DNA of 64,000 nucleotides from Spirochaetia bacterium (GTDB lineage: Bacteria > Spirochaetota > Spirochaetia > SP-2023): positions 192,001 to 256,000 of the forward strand of contig CBDDCK010000005.1 of assembly GCA_965225855.1 (NCBI GenBank), written 5' to 3'. Every line of letters begins with the position of its first letter. The first letter of the stretch is position 1. A program made the position numbers and the translations under genes. This document shows positions 30,585 to 41,366 of this stretch, one piece after another. Below the pieces are notes generated by a model. The model was given only the letters and a program-made list of their open reading frames with translations. It had not been told where the DNA came from and did not search any database.

Positions 30585-33506
30585 ATGGGATATATTATTT
30601 TCCCTTTAAGCTATTCATTCCAGTTTGTTTTAGAAACATTTTATACGCTAACCCAAAATTATGGGCTAGCTATTATTTTCCTTGCCATTTTGGTTAGCAT
30701 TGTATTACTGCCATTGCAACTATGGGCCGACAAATTACAGCAAAAAGATTTAGACGAAAAAAATGCCATGCGCTGGGCTTTGGATTCAATTAGCCGTTTA
30801 GCCAATGCCCAAAAGAAATTTTATTGCACTAAGGAAATCTACCGTAGATACGGCTATAATCCGATAAAATCTTTACGCGGTTTAATTGGCCTGTTGATTC
30901 AATTGCCATTTTTTTTAGCGGCCTACTTTATGCTGGGCAGCTTTAGCGATTTTTCGGGCCAAAGTTTCCTAATAATTAAAGATTTAGCCACTCCAGATGC
31001 TTTACTGAAAGGCTATAACTTTTTACCGCTATTCATGACTTTGGTAAATTTGCTATCGGCCGGTTTCTATTTACTCCCCAAAAACAATGTAGACCGCTCT
31101 GCAATGGTATCTCAATTGCTTTTGCCAATGTTATTTTTGATGTTACTATACAATAAAAGCTCGGCACTGTTGTTGTATTGGACTTGTAATAATCTATTTT
31201 CACTGGCAAAGAATTATTGCCAGAGTAGGGCGATTATTACAGCCATTACTAAAGAAAAGCAAATTTTTAGTTTTAGATTCTGGACTAATTTTTGTGCCAA
31301 TGTCGTCAGCCATAGATTTTGTTTACCGATAACAGTGGTTTTGTCTGGTATTTTATTGGCTTTATACGGCCTGATGGAAGACCGACTCTATGCCCATAAA
31401 CTAATGAAATTCAATTTATTGGTATTAGATGCTTTAATTGTAATAATTTTATACCAATATCGTGCACAATTAAAGAAAATACTTACACAGAACTTTGGCC
31501 AAATACAAGTGGTTATAGCCATTATTTTGCTGTTCAATTTAGTAGCATTTCATTTGCATAAACTATTTGGCTTGGCTTTATTTACATTAACCAATGATAT
31601 ACCTAGCTTAGTATTCAGCCAAATATTGGCTTTATTGCTAATAAGAAATATATTAATACCCCCCAGTATTGCCTACCGGTTATTTTATCAATTCAGAGAT
31701 ACTATAAAGTCTTTGCTTTCATTTGAAATAAAAGGCGGTTGTTATATTATCGGGGTATTTTTGCTACAAATATTTTTATATACCCCAGCAATCATATATT
31801 TCAAAGCACCTTTGGATTTTGGCCAAATAGAATTTCATATTGTTTTATGGTATTTTATAAGCTGTATTTCCATAACCATATTGCTATCCAGATATATCAG
31901 TAAATGGTGGTTGGGCGCATCATCTATGAAAAAGCATATTAAAAATTTTTGTTTGATTGCCATTGTATTTATTACCATGGTGAATTTCTTTTATGGCTAT
32001 ATTTACCAGCTAGATTTAGGCATTATTCGAGGGTTGCGCTTTGTCAATGAAAAAGCATTGACTGAATTGCCAAAATCTACATTGATTTTGGAGCTTATTT
32101 TATTGTGTGTTGCTTTTTTGTTGTTCATTCGATTCGGGGGTTTTGTTGCGAAATTTTCCCGCCATATATCATTGACTATTGGCTCGATTGGTTTGGTATT
32201 GCTGGCCAATGTATGGCTACAAAATATTGACGAAATCAAAAAATCTTTTGCCCCGCAAGAGATTGTAGCGAGTGAACAACAAAATTCACTAGATAAAACG
32301 ATAGCCAATTATTTTGCAGACAATTATGAAGTATTTAATTTTTCTAAAGAAAAGAATATTTTGGTTTTGATTTTTGATGCGTTTCCTGCCAATATGTTAG
32401 AAGATATTTTCAAGCAAAACCCAGAAATAAAGAAAGGTTTAGATGGATTTGTTTGGTATAAAAATACCGTTTCTACTGGGAGTGCTACGATGAACAGTAT
32501 TAATGCAATGACTGGAGGACCAGAATATATTATTTCTAAAATTAATAAGAAACCAAATCATGATCTTACAATTCAAGAGTTAACTACAAAGAATTGGGCA
32601 AATTTATATAATGTTATTGGAATTTATGATTATGATCTTTCAGGAGCGATCCCTCATGCAGATACAAGTCTGTTTCAATCTTATTTAGAGCAACCATTTA
32701 ATAAACTTATATTTCCAAATATTAATAATTTTTCTAATTCTTTTAATTATAAACTTTTATCTGGTCTTTCTCTGTTTAAGATGTCTTTTTTGTCTTTAAA
32801 GAGAAAAATATATGACGGCGGCTCATGGATTAAACCCATTCGAGAAACAGTAGTTAATGATCGGTATGGACATTATAAAGAATATATAATGTTTAAAAAT
32901 ATGATACAAAATTTATCTTATACTGGCTCAAAGCCAACTTTCAAATATTTTTGGACAGCTTTGACACATAGGCCATTCCATTTCAACAAAAATGGACAAT
33001 GGATTACATCGGAAGACCTAAAAAAAGGGTTTGACCAATATTCGGATATTGATAGAAAATTTACAATGGAATATGCTTTGCAAAAAGTTATAGAGATTGT
33101 TCAGGCATTTAAAGATAATGATATATACAACCAAACCAAAATTATTGTGGCTTCCGATCACGGTGGAGCAGAAAAAGATTGGAATGATTGGGCTTTGTAT
33201 TCTTTAATGATGGTCAAAGATTTTAATTCTACTGGGGCGTTGCAAATCTCGGATATACCGATTTCTAACGCCGATATTCCGGCAATGATTGGTACGGGCG
33301 TTGACCCAACTGGCAAGTTTAATACTGAAAATAATTTTGGCACCGATTACACCAAAGAGCCCGATATGGACAGAATATTAGAATATCATATTGTAACTGG
33401 AGAAGCAGATTACAAGCGAGATACAAAATACCCTGCCGGCAAGATAATTTCCATTCAGGGCGACCCTTATAATAGGGATAATTGGCAAGTGGCAGAATTT
33501 GAGTAA
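30585..33506 (+). CDS. YidC-like / LtaS-like fusion, copy 3
   Basis: 973 aa; protein matches copy 1 to NWANLYN, then a divergent catalytic-domain segment. Confidence 0.85.
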   Translation: MGYIIFPLSYSFQFVLETFYTLTQNYGLAIIFLAILVSIVLLPLQLWADKLQQKDLDEKNAMRWALDSISRLANAQKKFYCTKEIYRRYGYNPIKSLRGLIGLLIQLPFFLAAYFMLGSFSDFSGQSFLIIKDLATPDALLKGYNFLPLFMTLVNLLSAGFYLLPKNNVDRSAMVSQLLLPMLFLMLLYNKSSALLLYWTCNNLFSLAKNYCQSRAIITAITKEKQIFSFRFWTNFCANVVSHRFCLPITVVLSGILLALYGLMEDRLYAHKLMKFNLLVLDALIVIILYQYRAQLKKILTQNFGQIQVVIAIILLFNLVAFHLHKLFGLALFTLTNDIPSLVFSQILALLLIRNILIPPSIAYRLFYQFRDTIKSLLSFEIKGGCYIIGVFLLQIFLYTPAIIYFKAPLDFGQIEFHIVLWYFISCISITILLSRYISKWWLGASSMKKHIKNFCLIAIVFITMVNFFYGYIYQLDLGIIRGLRFVNEKALTELPKSTLILELILLCVAFLLFIRFGGFVAKFSRHISLTIGSIGLVLLANVWLQNIDEIKKSFAPQEIVASEQQNSLDKTIANYFADNYEVFNFSKEKNILVLIFDAFPANMLEDIFKQNPEIKKGLDGFVWYKNTVSTGSATMNSINAMTGGPEYIISKINKKPNHDLTIQELTTKNWANLYNVIGIYDYDLSGAIPHADTSLFQSYLEQPFNKLIFPNINNFSNSFNYKLLSGLSLFKMSFLSLKRKIYDGGSWIKPIRETVVNDRYGHYKEYIMFKNMIQNLSYTGSKPTFKYFWTALTHRPFHFNKNGQWITSEDLKKGFDQYSDIDRKFTMEYALQKVIEIVQAFKDNDIYNQTKIIVASDHGGAEKDWNDWALYSLMMVKDFNSTGALQISDIPISNADIPAMIGTGVDPTGKFNTENNFGTDYTKEPDMDRILEYHIVTGEADYKRDTKYPAGKIISIQGDPYNRDNWQVAEFE

Positions 33507-33646
33507 GTTTTTATGTCCATTTGCCAAAAAATGCCCTATATTATGGCAAGCATCGTATAATAGTTATGGTAACGCCTTGATAGATAACAAAATAAAATTG
33601 CTAAAAATAGCTAATGGGCATAAGTAACAATACAATGATTCTAAAC

Positions 33647-33770
33647 TACTTAATAGCTTGGGCTCAATGCTATTATATAGTTTTGCTCCAAGCTATTCAT
33701 AGGTGCGAGGCCATTCTATTATATAGTTTGGTTCAATCCTATTAAGTAGTTTGGCCAAAGTTTCTATGGA
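33647..33770. repeat. Degenerate ~23-bp array, family d (CTAT..ATAG core)
   Basis: ctattatatagttttgctccaag / ctattcataggtgcgaggccatt / ctattatatagtttggttcaatc. Confidence 0.6.
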
Positions 33771-33917
33771 TACCAGAATATCTTAATAGGTTATGGCAGT
33801 GGGCTTGGAATAGCTAAGTATAGCTTTGCAAATTTTTATTATTTGCCCTTATAGCAAACTAAGATTATGTATATCCATATGAAAAGAAATTCTCTATATA
33901 CTTGCAATTCCTAAACA

Positions 33918-35234
33918 ATGGGTATGGCAATGGGTAAAACGGTTTATGTCGGTATGGCTGCAGATTTGATTCACGAAGGCCATATGAATATTTTAAAGAC
34001 AGCTTCAACTTATGGTGATGTGGTTGTAGGGATTTTAACGGATAGAGCGATTGCTTCTTACAAAAGGTTGCCGTTTATGACCTATGAACAAAGAGTTGCT
34101 GTTATTGGAAATATTAAAGGGGTGGTAAAAGTAATTCCACAAAATACTTTGGATTATGTACCCAACTTAGAAAAAATAAGGCCAGACTTTGTTGTGCACG
34201 GAGATGATTGGAAACATGGGGTACAATCCAAAGTAAGGCAAGCTGTGATTGACACTTTGACAAAATGGGGCGGAAAGTTAATAGAGCCTACATATACCGC
34301 AAATATATCTTCTACACAATTAAATAAAGCAGTTCATGAAGTGGGCACAACTTCTACCATCAGAGCAGGTTTGCTCCGCCGTTTAATTGATGCAAAGGAC
34401 ATTGTTCGTATTTTGGAAGTTCATTCGCCATTGGCGGGTTTAATTGTGGAAAAAACAGAAATCAATATCGATCATAAAATAAATAGCTTTGATGGAATGT
34501 GGTCTTCATCTTTAACCGATTCAACAATTCGTGGTAAACCCGATACCGAGCTAGTAAGCCTAAATTCCAGAGTTGAAAGCATTAATGATATATTTGAAGT
34601 AACTACAAAGCCCATGATATACGACGGTGATAGTGGCGGTAAATTAGAACATTTTCCATTTGTCGTAAGGACACTCGAGAGAGTAGGCGTTTCAGCGATT
34701 ATCATTGAAGATAAGGTGAATAATCGGGATAACTTTTTATCTGGCGCCAAAAACTATGGGCAAAAACAAGGTTGTGTTGAAAATTTTTGTGAAAAAATTG
34801 AGAGAGGTAAAAAAGCACAAATAAACAATCATTTTATGATAATCGCTCGGGTGGAAAGCCTTTGTTGTGAACAGATCGATGATGTTTTAACCAGAGCCTT
34901 TGCTTATGTGAGAGCTGGTGCAGATGGAATCATGATACATTCTTCTTGCAAAGAACCTGATGAAGTATTGGAGTTTATCCAGAAATTTCGTATGAAAGAC
35001 AAATTGACACCTATTGCTGTCACACTATCTAATTATAATTCTTTTACAGAAAAAGAACTATCCAGTATCGGGGCCAATGTGGTAATCTACGCTGACCATA
35101 TGTTGAGAGCTTCTTTTCCGGCAATGCAAGGTGTAGCAGTTTGTATATTACAAAATGGCCGTTCTAAAGAGGCTGACGATATATGTGCATCGATTAAAGA
35201 AATTCTTACTTTGATTCCAGGAGATATAGTATAA
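33918..35234 (+). CDS. pepM: Cytidylyltransferase-phosphoenolpyruvate mutase fusion
   Basis: N-terminal ADLIHEGH and FVVHGDDW nucleotidyltransferase; [32 protein letters not shown]; signature reads [10 protein letters not shown]; start may be 33930. Confidence 0.88.
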   Translation: MGMAMGKTVYVGMAADLIHEGHMNILKTASTYGDVVVGILTDRAIASYKRLPFMTYEQRVAVIGNIKGVVKVIPQNTLDYVPNLEKIRPDFVVHGDDWKHGVQSKVRQAVIDTLTKWGGKLIEPTYTANISSTQLNKAVHEVGTTSTIRAGLLRRLIDAKDIVRILEVHSPLAGLIVEKTEINIDHKINSFDGMWSSSLTDSTIRGKPDTELVSLNSRVESINDIFEVTTKPMIYDGDSGGKLEHFPFVVRTLERVGVSAIIIEDKVNNRDNFLSGAKNYGQKQGCVENFCEKIERGKKAQINNHFMIIARVESLCCEQIDDVLTRAFAYVRAGADGIMIHSSCKEPDEVLEFIQKFRMKDKLTPIAVTLSNYNSFTEKELSSIGANVVIYADHMLRASFPAMQGVAVCILQNGRSKEADDICASIKEILTLIPGDIV

Positions 35235-36365
35235 ATGGCACAAGTATTATTGCGTGGTGATTTTTATTGTAATTTTCAATCAGTTTGGAACGATCGGGGT
35301 TATAACCGTGTTCTTTGCGTTACCAGTAAAAATGTATTGGAGTTATCTGGTGCTAAGACATTTCTTGATAAGCTTTTAATAGATTATCAAGTTTATCATA
35401 ATTTTTCTCCAAACCCTAAGAGTGAAGATATTTATCCGGGTATCAATGTATTGAAAAGTTTTAATCCTAATATAGTTTTAGCTATTGGTGGTGGCAGTGC
35501 TATGGATATGGCAAAGTTAATAGTTGCCTTTGCCGACCAATATTCAACTAAAAATACCAAGAGTTTTGAATCTTATCTTCAGGGAGCTAAGATTCATAGC
35601 CTATCTAAGCTCCCCTTTAAACCACTTTGGGTAGCACCAACTACCTCTGGGTCAGGAGCCGAAGCAACTCATTTTGCGGTTGTGTATCATAACAATAAAA
35701 AATATTCCCTTGCTAGTGATATTTTGTTACCAAGTAAAATCTTTTTAGATTACACTTTCACGAAATCTGTTCCAAAAAACATTTTTATATCAGCAGCTAT
35801 AGATGCTCTATGCCAAGCAATAGAGTCTTATTGGGCTTTGGAAGCAACAGAACAAAGTAGACAAGACGCCGTTAAAGCTATGGAGCTTATAATATATCAT
35901 TTCGATAATGCTGTTTTGGGTGAAGATAATGCTTTGGAACAGTTGCAATATGGTGCTTACTTAGCAGGCAAAGCCATTAATATATCTAAAACTACTGCAG
36001 GGCATGCCTTTTCTTATTATTTAACCCAAAAATATAATGTTCTTCATGGGAATGCAGTGGCTATATGTTTGAGCTATGTAGTTGAATATAGTCTTAAATA
36101 TGGCAATAATAATGTTATATCTAAGCTACAAAAGATTGCCGACATATTAAAATTGCAGTTTTGCGATATACCTAACTTTTTAATATATTTATTAAAAAAA
36201 CACCAATTAATGGATAGTTTAGAATCCATTGGTATTATAACAGAACAAGACGTATCTTTATGGTTAAAAAGTGTCAATGTTGAAAGATTAAATAATAATC
36301 CGTTCAAAATTGATATAAACCAATTACAAGTAATAGTTAAAAATAAGAAAAATAAATCTAAATAA
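35235..36365 (+). CDS. Iron-dependent alcohol dehydrogenase, phosphonoacetaldehyde reductase-like
   Basis: AIGGGSAMD, PTTSGSGAEATHFAV, DALCQAIESYW, AINISKTTAGHAFSY, HGNAV; abuts pepM. Confidence 0.82.
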   Translation: MAQVLLRGDFYCNFQSVWNDRGYNRVLCVTSKNVLELSGAKTFLDKLLIDYQVYHNFSPNPKSEDIYPGINVLKSFNPNIVLAIGGGSAMDMAKLIVAFADQYSTKNTKSFESYLQGAKIHSLSKLPFKPLWVAPTTSGSGAEATHFAVVYHNNKKYSLASDILLPSKIFLDYTFTKSVPKNIFISAAIDALCQAIESYWALEATEQSRQDAVKAMELIIYHFDNAVLGEDNALEQLQYGAYLAGKAINISKTTAGHAFSYYLTQKYNVLHGNAVAICLSYVVEYSLKYGNNNVISKLQKIADILKLQFCDIPNFLIYLLKKHQLMDSLESIGIITEQDVSLWLKSVNVERLNNNPFKIDINQLQVIVKNKKNKSK

Positions 36366-36529
36366 ACACGCTTAAATTTGTGGTTTGTTAAGCTTAGTTT
36401 TTCATCAGAAATCATATCTTTTATCTTGTTTTTTATATAAAATTTGTATTGTGCACTCTCTTAATTTGATTATTTAGATTTTTTATAAAATTTAGGGATT
36501 TTTCTAAATTTTATAAAAAGGAGATTTTT

Positions 36530-37522
36530 ATGAACACGATGCGAAATGCATTAATTATTTCTAGTATGCTGCTAAGTCTATTTAGTTGTCATAAAAAAGA
36601 TAAGATAAAAACACAAGGTAATGCACAAAAAAATGATTGGGCAATTAAAAGAGAAGGGCAAATTCCTGAAGTCTATGTAAGTAAAGTGCAAGGAGATTTA
36701 ATTATTGCAGGGAGCTCGACCGTATTTCCTCTGGTTGAAAAGCTTGCTGATACGTTCCGTGAAGATGGATATGTCGGTAATATCAAGGTAGATAGCATTG
36801 GTAGTGGTGCAGGATTTGAACGCTGGACAAAAGGAGAAACAGATATTTCCAATGCAAGTCGTCCGATCAAACAAAAAGAAGCGAAAGCAGCACAAAAAAT
36901 AGGGCGAAATCCACTTGAGTTTTTGATAGGAATTGATGCCTTAGTCGTTGTCGTAAACCCTGAAAACGATTGGGTTGATAATGTAAGCGTAGAAATGTTA
37001 GCAAAAATTTTTAGTGTTGATAAATGGAATGATGTTGACTCTAGCTGGCCTGATATGCCTATAGAGAAATTCTCGCCCGGAACCGATAGCGGTACATTTG
37101 ATTATTTTGTAGAAGAAATATTTGATAAAAATAAAAAGCCTTTGCTTTCTGCAAATTCACTCCAACTTTCTGAAGATGATAATATTCTTTCACGAGGAAT
37201 ACAAAATTCTAAATACGGTATCGGTTATTTTGGCTATGCATATTATGATGAAGCGAAAAATGCACTGAAAGCCGTTGGTATTGCAGGGAATTTGCCTTCA
37301 GAGCAAAATATTTATAGTAATACATATTTATTAGCTAGACCATTGTATATGTATACGTCAGAATCAATTATGCAGCAAAAACCACAAGTTGCAGCATTTT
37401 TAGCATATACGCTAAACAATGTTGAATCGATTATATCTGAAGTGGGTTATTTCCCCGCAAAGCAGATTGATTATGCTGCTAGTATGGCCCTATGGTTAAA
37501 AGCGATGGAAGGCCAATATTGA
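36530..37522 (+). CDS. pstS: Phosphate ABC transporter substrate-binding lipoprotein
   Basis: AGSSTVFP, GSGAG, ASRPIK, SGTFDYF; lipobox LFS-C. Confidence 0.92.
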   Translation: MNTMRNALIISSMLLSLFSCHKKDKIKTQGNAQKNDWAIKREGQIPEVYVSKVQGDLIIAGSSTVFPLVEKLADTFREDGYVGNIKVDSIGSGAGFERWTKGETDISNASRPIKQKEAKAAQKIGRNPLEFLIGIDALVVVVNPENDWVDNVSVEMLAKIFSVDKWNDVDSSWPDMPIEKFSPGTDSGTFDYFVEEIFDKNKKPLLSANSLQLSEDDNILSRGIQNSKYGIGYFGYAYYDEAKNALKAVGIAGNLPSEQNIYSNTYLLARPLYMYTSESIMQQKPQVAAFLAYTLNNVESIISEVGYFPAKQIDYAASMALWLKAMEGQY

Positions 37523-37563
37523 GAAAATATGTGGAAATAAAAAATGGCCTCTCATAGTTTACA

Positions 37564-38469
37564 ATGAAAAATAAGTATTGTCATTCTACCAAAATCCACG
37601 AACGGGTGATTGAAGGTATTCTTAGTATTTGCGGCATAATATCCATTACAATCACTATCGTTATAGTGCTCTTTTTAGGGAAAGATGCATTGCTATTTTT
37701 TCAAGACCCAGAAGTTTCAGTTTGGGAATTTTTTACCTCATTGTCGTGGCAGCCAGCGTTGGGGGAATTGGGAATTCTTCCCTTATTGAATGCAACGTTA
37801 CTTACAAGCTTCATTGCATTATTATTTGCTGCTCCAATTGGCATTTTTACCGCGATATATTTAAGTGAATTTGCCAGTAAAAAAACAAGAAGTATTTTAA
37901 AGCCAATATTAGAAATGATTGCCGGTATTCCTTCTGTAGTATATGGTTTTTTTGCTGTGATATTTGTTACACCATTGCTTCGCACGATTATTGGTAGTGA
38001 TATAGTAAACATTTATAATAATCTTTCTGCAGGCCTCATGATGGGGGTATTGATTCTTCCCATTATTACTTCCATGGCCGAAGATGCTCTTTATTCTATT
38101 CCTAATACATTGAGAAATGGTGCTTACTCTTTAGGGGCAACGAAGTTTCAAACAGCAACCCAAATTGTGTTTCCTGCCGCATTTTCTGGAGTATCGGCCA
38201 GTGTTATCGTTAGTTTTTCACGAGCTATAGGAGAGACAACCATAGCGGCTTTAGCTGCAGGCGCAGGCGCAAATTTCACATTTAATCCTTTTGAATCTGC
38301 CGAAACTATGACTGGATATATTCTGCGCATTAGTGGTGGTGATATAAGTTATAACACAATAGATTATACCAGTATTTTTGCCATAGGTATCACATTATTT
38401 TTTATTACCCTTACTCTAAATATGCTAGGGCAATATATTAGCTCTAAATATAGAGAGGTATATGAATAA
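37564..38469 (+). CDS. pstC: Phosphate ABC transporter permease
   Basis: AIYLSEFA, LEMIAGIPSVVYGFF, SRAIGET. Confidence 0.92.
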   Translation: MKNKYCHSTKIHERVIEGILSICGIISITITIVIVLFLGKDALLFFQDPEVSVWEFFTSLSWQPALGELGILPLLNATLLTSFIALLFAAPIGIFTAIYLSEFASKKTRSILKPILEMIAGIPSVVYGFFAVIFVTPLLRTIIGSDIVNIYNNLSAGLMMGVLILPIITSMAEDALYSIPNTLRNGAYSLGATKFQTATQIVFPAAFSGVSASVIVSFSRAIGETTIAALAAGAGANFTFNPFESAETMTGYILRISGGDISYNTIDYTSIFAIGITLFFITLTLNMLGQYISSKYREVYE

Positions 38470-39638
38470 TGCAATATGTAAAATCTTTAAAAGCAGTAAA
38501 AGAAAAAATACAAATACTTTGTTTATTGCTATCATCATTGTTTTCTATACTGATACTTGTTGTTTTACTATTACAAATACTGAACAATAATTTAGGATAT
38601 GTAATGTATGAATATACTATAGGAGAAAAAGATTTATTTAATACATCGTTAGAAAAAGTAAATAAAAAAGAAATCATTACTTTGTTACAAAATAAATTGC
38701 GCCCAGCTTTAAGACGCAATTTGACAAAAAATATTCCGCTAGAATCACAGAATATAGGTACTTTACAAACATACCTCCGCAAGTATATTATGAAAGAAAA
38801 AATTACTAAATCTTGGTCATTGTATGAATCTCTTACAAAAAAAGATGAAATTTTTGCAAAAGCCAATAATTCAAAAAATAGGATAAAATTTTATTATTGG
38901 CTAAACTCAACTTTTATTTTTTCAAGACAAAGTTCTGAAGCCGGAAGAACAGGAATACGAACAGCAATTTTAGGCACGTTATGGATTATCGCTATTGCAG
39001 CATTGTCCTCGATTCCATTTGGCATTGCCACAGCAATATACCTTGAGGAATATGCTAAAAAAAATATCCTTACAAATATTATTACTGCCAATATTTATAA
39101 TCTTGCAGGCATTCCTTCTATTATATATGGCCTGCTGGGGTTAGCTTTGTTTGTTCGTATTTTGGAGCCTATTACTCAAGGCAGAACCTTGTTTTCTGCA
39201 GGGCTTACTTTAGGGCTTATGTGCTTGCCGATGGTTATCATCAATTCTCAAGAAGCTATCAAAGCAGTCCCTAATACTTTGCGTTATTCTAGTTATGCCC
39301 TTGGAGCAACTAAATGGCAAACCATTATCCACCATATATTGCCTTATTCGTTGGAACGCATTATTACTGGTATTATACTTGCTCTTTCCAGAGTAGTGGG
39401 AGAAACAGCCCCCCTTGTGGTAGTGGGAGCAGCAACATTTATCAGTGTAGACCCAAGTAATATTTTTGCAAGTTTTACCGCATTGCCCATCCAAATCTAT
39501 CAATGGGCATCGCGTCCGCAACATATTTATTACAATACAAGTTCAGCAGCAATTCTTGTATTACTTATTCTTATTTTTGCGATCAGTGTTATCCCTATTA
39601 CTATTAGAAATAATCTTTATAAAAAAGAGAAAATATAA
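38469..39638 (+). CDS. pstA: Phosphate ABC transporter permease
   Basis: [31 protein letters not shown]. Confidence 0.92.
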   Translation: MQYVKSLKAVKEKIQILCLLLSSLFSILILVVLLLQILNNNLGYVMYEYTIGEKDLFNTSLEKVNKKEIITLLQNKLRPALRRNLTKNIPLESQNIGTLQTYLRKYIMKEKITKSWSLYESLTKKDEIFAKANNSKNRIKFYYWLNSTFIFSRQSSEAGRTGIRTAILGTLWIIAIAALSSIPFGIATAIYLEEYAKKNILTNIITANIYNLAGIPSIIYGLLGLALFVRILEPITQGRTLFSAGLTLGLMCLPMVIINSQEAIKAVPNTLRYSSYALGATKWQTIIHHILPYSLERIITGIILALSRVVGETAPLVVVGAATFISVDPSNIFASFTALPIQIYQWASRPQHIYYNTSSAAILVLLILIFAISVIPITIRNNLYKKEKI

Positions 39639-39649
39639 AGAAGGTATTC

Positions 39650-40450
39650 ATGCAAGAAGCGAATCATACATCAACAAGCGTTTCTTTTTTACAAGCAAGG
39701 GAACTAAATTTTTATTATAATTATGACAAAAATAAAGCTGCAAAACGAATCCATGCACTGAAAAATATTTCTCTGGAAATAGAATCGAATACAATTTGTG
39801 CTTTAATAGGGCCTTCTGGTTGTGGCAAAAGCACATTTCTTCGTTGTATAAATCGCATGAATGAGCTAATCCCCAATACGAAAGTAGAAGGTGAAATATT
39901 GATTAAAGGGAAAAATATTTTTGATTCTGAAGTAGACCCTGTGGAAGTTCGCAAAGATATTGGTATGGTATTTCAAAAGCCGAATCCCTTCCCCAAAAGT
40001 ATTTATGAAAATATAGCTTGGGGGGCTAGAATCAATGGTATAAAGAAAAATCTTGACGAGCTTGTGGAGAAAAATCTTACTAATGCAGGGCTGTGGGAAG
40101 AAGTAAAAGATAAATTAAAATCCAGTGCATTGTCACTGTCGGGAGGGCAACAACAGCGGCTTTGCATTGCCCGCACGTTAGCGATAAACCCGAAAATTAT
40201 TTTGATGGACGAACCAACATCTGCACTCGATCCGATTTCTACTTCCGTGATTGAAAACTTAATTATTGAATTAAGTAAGTCATATACTATTGTGATTGTT
40301 ACCCATAATATGCAGCAAGCAGGAAGAATATCAGACAAAACGGCCTTTTTCTTAGATGGCACAATGATAGAATTTGATAAAACCGCAGATATGTTTGTAA
40401 AGCCGAAATATCAAAAGACAGAAGAATATATCACAGGTAAATTTGGATAG
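39650..40450 (+). CDS. pstB: Phosphate ABC transporter ATP-binding protein
   Basis: [44 protein letters not shown]. Confidence 0.95.
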   Translation: MQEANHTSTSVSFLQARELNFYYNYDKNKAAKRIHALKNISLEIESNTICALIGPSGCGKSTFLRCINRMNELIPNTKVEGEILIKGKNIFDSEVDPVEVRKDIGMVFQKPNPFPKSIYENIAWGARINGIKKNLDELVEKNLTNAGLWEEVKDKLKSSALSLSGGQQQRLCIARTLAINPKIILMDEPTSALDPISTSVIENLIIELSKSYTIVIVTHNMQQAGRISDKTAFFLDGTMIEFDKTADMFVKPKYQKTEEYITGKFG

Positions 40451-40478
40451 AATTTAGCTACAGCATAAGGAGAATTTT

Positions 40479-41138
40479 ATGACATTAGTAAGGGAGCATT
40501 TTAATCAAGCTCAAAATGAAATAGAAAAACGTATGGTTTGTTTTTCTTCGGTGATTTCGGATACATTACACAAAGCATTTGATGTAGTTTTAGCCTTAAA
40601 CATACCTAAAGCACACAAAGTTATTGAACAAGATAAAAAGATTGATGAAGAGCAACACAGCATTGAGGAAGCATGCATAAAAATCATTGCTACAGAGCAG
40701 CCCGTTGCTTCGGATTTGCGTGGTGTAGTTGTCTACATAAAAGAGCTTTCTTTGTACGAAAAAATTGGCGACTATGCCAAAAGCATGTGTAAAAATATAG
40801 AAAGAGTGCCAAAAGAATTGATAGAAGAATATTCTTTTCATATCAAGGCTCAACGCAAAGTGATTTTTGAAATGCTTGAAAGTACAATAAAAGCTTCCAG
40901 CAACAGAGACGCAAATTTGGCTAGGGAAACTGCTAAAAAAGATAATGAACTAGATAAAAATTACAGGACAGCCCAAAGAGAACTCCTAAAAAAACTGGAT
41001 AATCATGATATTCATCACGAAAGTATTGTGTCATTTATCACGATTATTAAATGTTTTGAACGAATTGGCGATATGATCAGCATTATTAATGAATTAATTA
41101 TCTATGCAGTCGATGGCATACATGAAGACCTTAACTAA
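40479..41138 (+). CDS. phoU: Phosphate signalling protein PhoU
   Basis: QPVASDLR, EKIGD and ERIGD repeats; last gene of the pst operon. Confidence 0.9.
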   Translation: MTLVREHFNQAQNEIEKRMVCFSSVISDTLHKAFDVVLALNIPKAHKVIEQDKKIDEEQHSIEEACIKIIATEQPVASDLRGVVVYIKELSLYEKIGDYAKSMCKNIERVPKELIEEYSFHIKAQRKVIFEMLESTIKASSNRDANLARETAKKDNELDKNYRTAQRELLKKLDNHDIHHESIVSFITIIKCFERIGDMISIINELIIYAVDGIHEDLN

Positions 41139-41207
41139 CAGATGATTAGGAACAGCAATTTTAACAAAATTGGCTCTAAGTTCTTTTGTATTTGTTCTTC
41201 TATAATT

Positions 41208-41265
41208 CCATAGCTATGGATTGTACAAGTCGATAACTATGGATTAGATCGGCCCATAGTTATCG
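41208..41265. repeat. 23-bp array, family b
   Basis: Cores ccatagctatgg (41208), cgataactatgg (41231), ccatagttatcg (41254). Confidence 0.75.
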
Positions 41266-41366
41266 ACTAGGTTGTTTCTCAATATTGAATACAGGGCAAC
41301 CCAGTAATTAGCCAATCGTTAGTAAAATAATAGTTGACCCCCAAAAAAGGCAAACAAGGCTTGGGC

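Larger units (their letters stand above)
23665..33543 (+). repeat. Tandem triplication, 3 x 3293 bp
   Basis: Units begin with tctagtaatctaaaactagg at 23665, 26958 and 30251. Confidence 0.95.

Noticed and set aside
23999..33506. Diversity-generating retroelement explaining the variable segments
   Set aside because: No reverse transcriptase is present, and differences include indels and all base types rather than adenine-specific changes
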